IMG/VR virus record: IMGVR_UViG_3300033994_000436
DNA: 64,000 nucleotides
Direction: 5' to 3' (one strand)
DNA from: an uncultured virus (IMG/VR IMGVR_UViG_3300033994_000436)
Taxonomy: Duplodnaviria; Heunggongvirae; Uroviricota; Caudoviricetes
Shown here: positions 35,704-44,900 of the stretch, one piece after another
Numbering within the stretch: the first letter of the stretch is position 1
Layout: the number at the start of each line of letters is the position of its first letter
Translations under genes and position numbers: made by a program
Notes under the pieces: generated by a model
What the model was told of the DNA's origin: nothing
The model's input: only the letters and a program-made list of their open reading frames with translations
Database searches by the model: none

Positions 35704-35940
35704 TTATTTGCGGGTTGTGTACTGGCGTTCCTCAAGCATTGCATCAGCAAATGCATATGCCATTTCTGCCGCCGCCTCCGGCTCACTAGCCAACTTCTCG
35801 CTGGCAATTGCTTGCAGTGCGGCCTTGGCAAAGTAATCACGAATGCTTGCTCCAGAGTTGGAGCGAACAGGAGGGTTGCTGGTATCTCCCTCGTAGGGAT
35901 TAACAGGGTATGCAGGATGATTGATAGGATCTCGGCTCAT
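35704..35940 (-). CDS. Conserved small phage protein (RDYFA motif)
   Basis: PAYP...IRDYFAKAALQA...AY..ADAML. Confidence 0.75.
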   Translation of the reverse strand: MSRDPINHPAYPVNPYEGDTSNPPVRSNSGASIRDYFAKAALQAIASEKLASEPEAAAEMAYAFADAMLEERQYTTRK

Positions 35941-36110
35941 AAGATTATTTGGATGTTTTTTTGTTTGGGAAAACTGATGACCGCAATTTAGGTATTAATA
36001 GCCCTCGCTTGTCAAGCCTGTCTAAGAAAATCCAAACAAATGGTATGCATGGCCTGTATACTGAGTTGTTTCGATATGTGATGTATGAATCCATATATGT
36101 ATTTATTTAT

Positions 36111-36359
36111 TTATTCGGAAGCCACTTCAATCTCGTTTTGGGATTCCATTTCTTTTGCCTGATCCTCGCGGATGTCTAGGATAAGCCTTTTCAGTTCTAG
36201 TGCTACTTGCGAATCTTTTCCGAAATAGGTTCGGTTGTAGCAATAGCGTTCGTAGATGAACGCAAGCATTTGCTCACGCATCTCATCTCTTCCTGCGTTG
36301 TACGGATGGGTTTCCATGTCAAGGTTGGGTTTAATTGCTTGGGTTGTTATGTCAAGCAT
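36111..36359 (-). CDS. Hypothetical protein
   Basis: Part of a coupled early operon. Confidence 0.6.
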   Translation of the reverse strand: MLDITTQAIKPNLDMETHPYNAGRDEMREQMLAFIYERYCYNRTYFGKDSQVALELKRLILDIREDQAKEMESQNEIEVASE

Positions 36360-36567
36360 GAATTTTATCTAGGTGATCAAAAAAGCTATTATTGGGTTTA
36401 GCAGTCTTTGCCTTTGCCTTTTCGATGCGTAGCTGTGTCAGGATCTCGCGTGCGCGAGCCGTGCTGATGTGTGGAAGCGTTTCTAACCCGTGTGCTTCTG
36501 CCATTTTAACTTGGTTGGAGAACAGGGCTTCAAGCGTGCTGATGAGTTGCATGGTGTCTTTATTCAT
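36352..36567 (-). CDS. Hypothetical protein
   Basis: Part of a coupled early operon. Confidence 0.6.
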   Translation of the reverse strand: MNKDTMQLISTLEALFSNQVKMAEAHGLETLPHISTARAREILTQLRIEKAKAKTAKPNNSFFDHLDKIHA

Positions 36568-36740
36568 TGGTTGGTGTTGTTTTTGTATGTGCGGAGTTTA
36601 TTGATGATGAGGCAGAGCGTTCTTCCTTCCTTGCGCTGTTCCTTGTCGGGAGAATTGCAGAGGGTCTCTGCTTCTCCTAGCAGGGCAAAGAATAGACCTG
36701 TCCATTGGCTGTCGGTTAGTGTGAAGGTGTGCGCTCTCAT
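36564..36740 (-). CDS. Hypothetical 58-aa protein (not in ORF track)
   Basis: MRAHTFTLTDSQW...; ATGA overlaps at both ends. Confidence 0.55.
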   Translation of the reverse strand: MRAHTFTLTDSQWTGLFFALLGEAETLCNSPDKEQRKEGRTLCLIINKLRTYKNNTNQ

Positions 36741-36922
36741 TTGAGGATGGCGTTAATGCGGTCTGCGATGAGCTTGGTCTTTCCCATGCTGTTAAGCGTC
36801 AGGATCTCCTCAAGCTGGTGTCGGTATCCAAGGATCTCAAATCGAAGATCCTCGTTTTCCTTGCGAATTTCGTCACAGGTCTTTTCGATCTGCGAGAACT
36901 CTTGGTGTTCGGTGTATGTCAT
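36737..36922 (-). CDS. Hypothetical coiled-coil protein
   Basis: ACACACATCC leader. Confidence 0.6.
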   Translation of the reverse strand: MTYTEHQEFSQIEKTCDEIRKENEDLRFEILGYRHQLEEILTLNSMGKTKLIADRINAILK

Positions 36923-36943
36923 GGATGTGTGTCTGGTGTGGTG

Positions 36944-37147
36944 TTAGAGTATAATCTTGTAGTTGCAAATGTCACGATATGCCCGAATAGCGTCTTTTAT
37001 ATCGTTGTTGTGATGGCTGTTTGCCGATTTTACACCAAACACTTTTTGCCATTCCCTGCGGGTTTTCCATTGGGAGGAGATGCCCATTTTTATTATTACC
37101 CGTGTGTTGACCAGACTTTTGTGCGATAGGACGATTGTGACGTTCAT
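36944..37147 (-). CDS. Hypothetical protein
   Basis: ACACACATCC leader. Confidence 0.55.
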   Translation of the reverse strand: MNVTIVLSHKSLVNTRVIIKMGISSQWKTRREWQKVFGVKSANSHHNNDIKDAIRAYRDICNYKIIL

Positions 37148-37172
37148 GGATGTGTGTGTGTTGGTTGGTTGA

Positions 37173-37484
37173 TTAGAATGATGGCTGAACGAAAACGAAA
37201 CGTACAGGGATGTCGCTGTACCACCATATGGTGTAATCGCGTCCTAGTTCATTCACTTCGACTTTAAAGAAGTCTTGGTTGTTGAAATCGCAACCAAACT
37301 GCTCGCCGTTTTCTGTCCACTCAAGTGTTACGGAATCCTTGCCATCTTTGGTTTTCCATAATGAATAAAATGGGTAGTGCTTCTGGCCATCGTCGCCGAT
37401 GATGCGGATTTCGCGATCAGGACGATTGATGAGCGTCCAGATTTCTTTAACGGACAATTCGAGGATTTCGTTTTCGGTAGTCAT
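37173..37484 (-). CDS. Hypothetical early protein (start MTTENE)
   Basis: ACACACAC leader after an operator-containing promoter. Confidence 0.6.
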   Translation of the reverse strand: MTTENEILELSVKEIWTLINRPDREIRIIGDDGQKHYPFYSLWKTKDGKDSVTLEWTENGEQFGCDFNNQDFFKVEVNELGRDYTIWWYSDIPVRFVFVQPSF

Positions 37485-37528
37485 GTGTGTGTGTTTGGGT
37501 TGCGTGTGTTGCTTTACTATCTGGAGAT

Positions 37529-37556
37529 AGAATAACCCAAGCGTACAAACCTGCAA
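37529..37556 (-). promoter_or_regulatory. Early promoter with operator TAACCCAAGCGTA
   Basis: TTGCAG-16 nt-TATTCT with an upstream A-tract. Confidence 0.65.
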
Positions 37557-37589
37557 GAACTTTTTTAGATTTTTTTGTGGCTTGCAGAG

Positions 37590-37886
37590 CTAGTGTTTAT
37601 CAGGCTCTGCGGCCTGCATCTTCGCCAAGACTTCGGACGCTACCTCTCCCAGATGAAGGATTGTCGCCTCGGAAATCTGGGGCATGACTGCATGGGCTAC
37701 CTCATGGATGACGGCATCTGCAAGATTGCTAACCCGACCATTGTGGGCTGATGCAATCACGATGCGCTTTGAGTGATATCGGCACACGCCATCATCAACC
37801 TTACCGTTCGTCTTTCCGGCATAGCCAAAACCTATCTGCCATTCCTCTCCGTTGATCATGGCGGTGCAAATTTTCTTGAAGCTCAT
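37590..37886 (-). CDS. Small HExxH metallopeptidase-like protein
   Basis: GVC....RIVI...VIHEVAHA. Confidence 0.7.
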   Translation of the reverse strand: MSFKKICTAMINGEEWQIGFGYAGKTNGKVDDGVCRYHSKRIVIASAHNGRVSNLADAVIHEVAHAVMPQISEATILHLGEVASEVLAKMQAAEPDKH

Positions 37887-37902
37887 GCCGGAGGATATGG
37901 TA

Positions 37903-38244
37903 TCAGCGGCTTTTGAGCAAGTGTGTCAGATCGTGCGTAAGATTGCCAGCCTCCTGCGTGCGAGGAACGCCGTGATACGCCCTATCATTCACATCGAAGG
38001 TACGCTCTGCTCGACTTTCCGGCCACATGGTCTTTACTTCGCGTGGAGGAAACTGGTGCGGCCTCCAAGAGTTCTCAACCATTGCGTCACGCTGTGCGAA
38101 CTCCTGACGTTGAAGCAAATGAAGTGCCAGTGGTGACAGGTTGACCTTTCTAGGTTTTGGCTTGGGAGCGGTTATAGATATTGGCCCACCGATTTTTTCG
38201 ATGATGGCAACGATGTCTGGATCAAGGTTATCTGTCTTGTTCAT
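37903..38244 (-). CDS. Hypothetical protein
   Basis: 113-aa ORF in operon. Confidence 0.55.
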   Translation of the reverse strand: MNKTDNLDPDIVAIIEKIGGPISITAPKPKPRKVNLSPLALHLLQRQEFAQRDAMVENSWRPHQFPPREVKTMWPESRAERTFDVNDRAYHGVPRTQEAGNLTHDLTHLLKSR

Positions 38245-38413
38245 TTTCTGATCCAGTTGGCTTTGAAGATTTTAAAAACACGCTCTGCGTATTTTGGATA
38301 ACGCTTAATAGGAAGGCGATGTCTCGCGGCCCATATTGTGAATTCCTTTTGGCAAAGCATTTGTTGTACAATGGTCATGCGTTTGTGGTGGTGGATTTCT
38401 TACTGACACAATC

Positions 38414-38442
38414 ATCCTATAACCCAAGCGTATGAATGTCCA
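38414..38442 (-). promoter_or_regulatory. Early promoter with operator TAACCCAAGCGTA
   Basis: TGGACA-17 nt-TAGGAT. Confidence 0.6.
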
Positions 38443-38498
38443 CAATTATTTTTATATTTTTTGAGCCTGTATTTATGCGGCTCCGCAGGCATATTGTA

Positions 38499-38747
38499 TT
38501 ACCCAAGCCTACGCCACTTTCCAAGATCGCACTCGGCTGATCGGAACAATGCTTTGGCGTTCAAGAAGCATCCGCAAGCGTTGCACCTGTTCTGCTGGCC
38601 ATCGTACATCTCGCAACTACGGCAGGTAGTCATGCGCTCCATGACCTCGTCATCGGTAACGCCCGATTGACCATTGACGATGGCAACCGCCTCACGAACC
38701 ATCGATGTGCCTAGCCGCCTTGCAAGATCGATGCCGGAGTGTTTCAC
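38499..38747 (-). CDS. Small Cys-rich protein
   Basis: R...CRSC...RCNACGCFL.AK......C..GKW. Confidence 0.7.
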   Translation of the reverse strand: MKHSGIDLARRLGTSMVREAVAIVNGQSGVTDDEVMERMTTCRSCEMYDGQQNRCNACGCFLNAKALFRSAECDLGKWRRLG

Positions 38748-38749
38748 GA

Positions 38750-38953
38750 CTAGAATTCTTCGCGATCTAGCGGCGTATCGAACGTGGCATTTTCATCCAT
38801 CTCTTCCGTATCGCCATTGGCAAAGTCTTCGATCATTTGCATGATCTTGGCTTCATCAATTGTTTTTGGATTGTAGAAGACGTTGACATCGTTGACTGGG
38901 ATCATCTCCCAGCCATCTGGCCCCTTTTCTTTGTCTGTTACTAGAATATCCAT
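38750..38953 (-). CDS. Small acidic protein following the polyvalent protein
   Basis: 67 aa, starts immediately after the giant ORF stop. Confidence 0.6.
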   Translation of the reverse strand: MDILVTDKEKGPDGWEMIPVNDVNVFYNPKTIDEAKIMQMIEDFANGDTEEMDENATFDTPLDREEF

Positions 38954-41900
38954 TTACTTTATCTTTAAAGGTATCTTCGATTTCTTCATTGTGCCAACAA
39001 TTGTTTCCTTGCTTCCGTTTCTCACGTTGGCCTTGGGGTGATTCTTGGCGTAATCTGGGAAGAGTACAAGCGGGTCTACTGGCTTATCAAGGATGAAGCT
39101 GTCTGCATTTTCTGGCCCAAGCATCATCCAGTCGTAGGAAGGATGCTTCTTGAACTTGGGATTCTTCATGAACTGGTCGCGAAGATACCTTTCATTTTCA
39201 CTCATCTTGGCCTCCTGCTTGGGATCTTTCCCTGTATAAATGGCGAACGCTTCAGGATCTTTCGATAGCTGTACGCTGGCGACAAGGTCGAGGTTCTTGC
39301 CACCCTTAAAGTCCATAGAATCAGCGAGCTTCTTCGTTATGTCCGGCGCATAGGCAATACCGCGCAGACGCTTCATTGCGGCTCCACGCTGGTTGAACGT
39401 AAAGCGTGCGGCCTCGTCTGCAAATTTGATATCCTTGTACTTCTCAGCAATCTTCTTGTACCAGCCCTGCTTCTGGTAGTCCTTGATATGCTCTCCATAT
39501 GATTTATTGAAAGATTCGATGTTCCCCCTAGTAGCCTTAGATTTGATACTGCCAAGTTTGGCTAGGAATGCGACCATAGGCCCATACTTATCAATGGCCT
39601 CCTGATTGTCCTTTATCACCTTATTGAGCTGTCTTTGGGTAATGTCCCCATCCTTGAATGCCTTCTGAGCGGCAGTCACCTCTTTCAGCTTTGTAGCCGG
39701 ATTGCGTGCGCCTAGCTCTAGGATGACATGGAGCGAGTCTACGATGTCCTTGGGCATCGATGCCTTCTTCTTATCAAGCTCTGACATCACATCTGTAACA
39801 AACTTCCTATTGCTTATGTGCGCCTCTTCCTTCATGAGCTGGATCAAGGCTCGACCAGAGGTTGTGTTCTTAATGATGTTCTTTGCGCGGGTAACGAATG
39901 CCGAATTCATGTTTGCCCAGACTGGCTTGAAGCCGCGACCATCAAGAAGTCGTGCGATGGCTTGGTTAGAAAGAAGGAATGGGTGCATAGGGCCACCCAT
40001 GTTGTCTCCTAGCGTGTTGTGGCGGTCTGCCTCAAGCATACCGACAACTTCACCAGAAAGCGTTTCAACGGGCTTTACAGGCGGCTTAGTAGTGGTCTGC
40101 TTATCGTGCTGGTAGATAATCGTCCTTCCATCGTCTGAAGGCTTCATTTCGATGTCTTGAGCAGGCATGAAGCTAACGCCTCCAAGCGGACTCAAATCAG
40201 CCAGCGGCTTGGCTACCTCCAGCGTCCTTGTCTTGAAGCCTTCCCAATCGACCTTGCCGTCTTCGGTCTTGGGAAGCTCTGGGGAGTATGGCATGAAGCG
40301 GATGTCAGGCTTGCTAGTGTCGAAGCGTTGGGAGAGAGGGATTAGCTTGCCTTCGTTGTCGTAGGTAGCAGGGTCTGCGGATTTGACCATCTCTGGCTCA
40401 AATATCGCAACGGATCTACCCCAAGGCTCATCTTTATTTTCCCTGTCGTAGTATCCATCAAATCCTGCATCTTGAATCAAATTAGCCAAATCTGTTTCTT
40501 CAAAATTATTAAAAGTAGCGTGTTTACGAATGTCTTTGAATAGTTGACCTCCATTCATCTCTTCATTGTATTTATCTCCATACAGATTGATTAGAGTGTT
40601 TATGTCGCCTTCATCTCTTGGATCAAAGTACCAACCATCTTTAAGATATAGTTTTCTTACAACCCCAGCTTCCATGTCTTCCCTTTCTGCGGCCCTATCT
40701 GAAAACTCTTTTGCTGTTGGCTCATCTTTGGTTACATGAATTACGGCATTACCTCTATGACCAGAAGGAATGTACCATTTGTCTGTATCTGTTCCATGAT
40801 ACCATCCTGTGGTATACCCAGCCTGCCTAGCCCTCTCATCAACCAGCCTCTGCGCCTCCTCCATATCTCCTGACTCAATTGCCTTGGCGTAAGTCTCGTC
40901 GAGCTTGGACGAAGGCATGAAAGCGATGTCTGTTTCTTGTGTCTGTGCCGCAACAGGCTGTGGCCTCTCGTTGATAGCATCGATGATTTCGCCTCGCGTT
41001 GCGTCCTTCGGAAGCTCAATGCCGTAGGATTCTGCAAGCTGGATGAGAGTACCCTTGCCGAATGACTCTAGGCTAGTCCCACTGGCGACAAGGCTCGCTG
41101 TAAGCTCTGCGCCGGAGGCTGGAAGACGCTCAGTGCGCTCCTCTTCGCGTGCTTCGGACTTAGGCATAAAGGCAATCTGTCCGCCTTCCTTGATGCTTGA
41201 GCGCATCTCTGGGGTGATGGCGACTTTCCAGATTGGGGTTTGATTTACGCTGGTTTCTGAAAACTCATCGTATTTGTCCCATACATCTACAGGAACATCC
41301 TTGTCCTCCATTGCGTCCATATATCCATTCTTTCCGAACTTCTGAACTACAATGGTTCCATTTTCCTCTTTCCAGATTCGATAAGAATTATCAGGCGTTG
41401 ACCACATTGTTCCAAACCCTTTCATCTTCTTGTTGGGTTCTTCAATAGGCGTTGAATCTTGCTCAACCTTCGCGCCCCACTTCTTGACGTACTTGCCGAT
41501 CTCCTTGGGGAGGATTTGGTCGTAGAAGCCTTTCATGCCTTCGCCACCTACCTTTAACTCTTCTCCAGTAAGTTCATGGTGTCCATCTAATCTCATTGCA
41601 TCAGGATCAAGAAGTCTTTGTGCCGCTTCTTTTCCTATGACATCTGGAAGCTCTTCTGGAGAAACAACTTTATTGATAAGCTCATCTCCATTGCGTCCAT
41701 ACGCTTTTAATACAGTTCCAAACTTTTGACCCATCTTGGAATTGGGAGGGAAATATCGTAGCTTCTCAACTTGCTTACTCAAGTCATATCGCTCAGCCTG
41801 CGTTTCGCCATTAGTCCAGCCGATCCACTCCTTGTCGCCTTCAATGGCATCACGCAAGGCACGCTTGAACATCTGAACAGGCCAATCCTTGCGGAAAGGG

Positions 41901-44900
41901 GCATCGGGAACTCCATTGCCTGATGTATAAATCTCTCCTTTGGCAATAAGTGTATTAGGATCAACTCCGTTTTTTTCTGCAAATGCAGGTATTGCGGCTT
42001 CTGCTTCTTCTTTTGTTAGATAATCCTTGCCACCAGCCCCAAACTCTTCACTAAAAATGCGATAATGGATTTCTGGCACATCATACCCCTTCTCCCTGCC
42101 CTGCTGATGCCTGTCAGACTGAAGCTCTTCGATGAATAGACCATCACGACCTTCAGCGTCAGGACGCTCGTTGAGCCTCATGTGGGCTACATAGTTGGGG
42201 ATGTCTTGGAAGTGGGAGGAGGTGTATGTTTCACCACTTCTTCCTGTTTGTACATCAATTTGCAGTTGCCTTCTCTTTTCATCTGCAACTCTTAATTGCT
42301 CATTGAATATTGCATATCTCTCTGGATCATTTGTACTCATCTCAAGCCACTCATTAGGAGTGTATTGATCCATGATATCATTGTATTCTTTGTTGAGTTG
42401 TTCCATCTTTGCCTCAGATCGTGAAGTATCGGCAGGCATCGTCAGCACAACCTCCCTGTAGTTTTCACCATTAGGAAGGGTGTATTGGGAGTATTTGGTG
42501 GCGTTTGGTAATGCAATAGCTTCCATTCCAAATTCGTCTTCTCCACCCAGCGTCCTCTCCTCAAACTTCACCGATCCCTCGTTTCGTAAGTAATCCAGAA
42601 CCTCCTGCTTGGTGACGTTGGCTTTTCCTTCAAGGAATCCGGCAATGTTGCTCCATTTCACCTCTTCGGCTTTGGCGTTCTGAGGGTTGTTGACAATTGA
42701 AAGGATCTGCTGTGGCGATGCCTTTGCTGGCATCTTCTCATCAATGGTCTTTTGCAGGCCAGAGTAGAATCCACGCTCGCTGGTTGGATATTCCTCAGTA
42801 GGTGTGCTTGGCCTAAAGCTAATACCAGCATTAGATGCGGATGGCTTATAGGTAGCTGTGATGCCGTCAAATGGAGTCGTGCGGCGTTCTTCCTGCGCTG
42901 GTGCTGGTGCTGACTCTTCTGCTGGCAAGAAGTTGCTAATGGCGTTCTTGTAGTTGATAGGCACTTTTGGCGCACTGTCGTTATCCATCAACTCTGCCAT
43001 GTGATCCAGACGCATGGACATGATCGTGCGATCAATATCCTTTCCGCGAACATCACCCCTACGGCGAGGTGTCTTGGTGCGATCAGTATTTAAGCCCCTA
43101 AAATCGTTTATGGTCAGATTTAGGAAGTCATTGAATATGTCCTTCTTGGCAAGTGCTTCTTCTGGGGTTCCAGAAATTCCTGTTTCTCCAGCCTTGCCTC
43201 TTGGATACATCTCATTGCCCTTGGCATCCTTTTCACGATACTGCCAGTTCTGTAAGTATGTATCAGTAAACTCCTTAAAGAATGCATCCTTGCTTCCACC
43301 CCAAGGGGCTAGTCGAGCAGGCATACGCTCGCTCCATGCGTTTAGCTTATCAAACATCCTGCCAACTGAGATCGTGGTGACTAGGAAATTACCCTTACTT
43401 GAAAGGTGCATTCCGATAGGAACGACATCATAGACTTTAGGGGAGTAGGCCGTGTACTTGCCTGCGTCATTCATGACTGCGGCGTAGTCTACAAGCATCC
43501 TGCCTCCATCTCCCCTAACGATCATATCGTTAATCTTGAGCATATGCTCCTTAATCGACTTTGGGATGATCCCTTCCGGCATATCTTTGATTGCCTGAAT
43601 CTGGAGCGGAGTAAATGTACCCCTCCATGTGTCAGAATCATCAGCGACTGGCTCAAATCGGTTTGGCGCACCCTCGTCTGGGGTATTCAAAGACTGACGA
43701 ATAACCTGTGCGCGAGCTTTTTGGAGTTTCTTGGCTTCACTTAACTCCATCATTACAGGCGTAACGCCGTCAGGTTGCGTCACAATCTGCTTTTGCACCA
43801 CCAGCCTGCCACCATCAGGGATTACAACTCCAGAGCCTTCTGCGACCTCGTCTGGCCTTGCTCCGTATCCATTAAGTTGCCTTGTAACTCCATTCCGGCT
43901 TTCCCATGACCCCTCAGAGGCTGATGGGTTGGCAATATCAATCGGCGTTCCAATTGGGTTTCCGTTGCCATCAAAAACCTGACCCTGCATCTTGGTCTTA
44001 AACAATCCGGCATACTTTCCATACCTATCCCTGATTGCCTTGTTTTTGAGCATTTCAGACCTACTGATCTTTGGTGATTCAACGGCTGTTACGGCTTGTG
44101 AAACCTCGCCCTGTAAAGACTGCAACGCACGCATGGCCTGCCTGTTTGCGGCTAGTACCTCTGGAGAGAATCGTGCGCCTGTCAGGTCACTGGTTGCCTC
44201 CCCCTTGCCGCCAAGTCCAAAGAACTTCTGAACGGCACGATCAAGCAGGTTCTTCTTGGTCTTTAACCTTGCGACATCGACCATATGGAGAATTCCACTA
44301 TCAAGTCCTTTTCCAAGATGAGTTGAGAAGGTTTCTGAGTTAAGCTCTGCAATAATCTCATCCTTCATGTACTCAGCAACTGCGGTTTCGTTCAATGCTC
44401 CGCGAGAGTAGTCCCATAGTCCGGCAATCTGAGAAAGCTGTGTGATTTGATCTGGAGTCTTACCCTTCAGGTAGTCATTCAGATACATATCCACCAAGTC
44501 TTTTCCGCTGTATTGACCTGCCGTAACTGCAACGACATTGCCTGCTGGATCTTTTACCTCTTGGCTGAACAGAAGGTCTTCAGCGTCTTTGTTTGCCTCA
44601 CGAAACTCAGGAATATTACGGACATGGTGACCAACCTCATGGTTCAGTGCATCAATAGGCGTGCTTCCCTCAATCATCATCCTTGCCTTTAACGCATCGG
44701 CGTTGATAACGACAGATGGCTTAGTCCTATCAAACACAATTTTCTTTTTAGGAGCATCCATGCTCATTCCTGCTTGGTATTCTACAGCCCCTTCTGGCGT
44801 GCTATAGAATCCACGTTGTGATGCTACTTCTAAAATCTCTTGGTCTGTTGCTGTGGCATTTGCAGGGTCTTGCCTAAACTTAGCAACGATCTGCGCTGGA

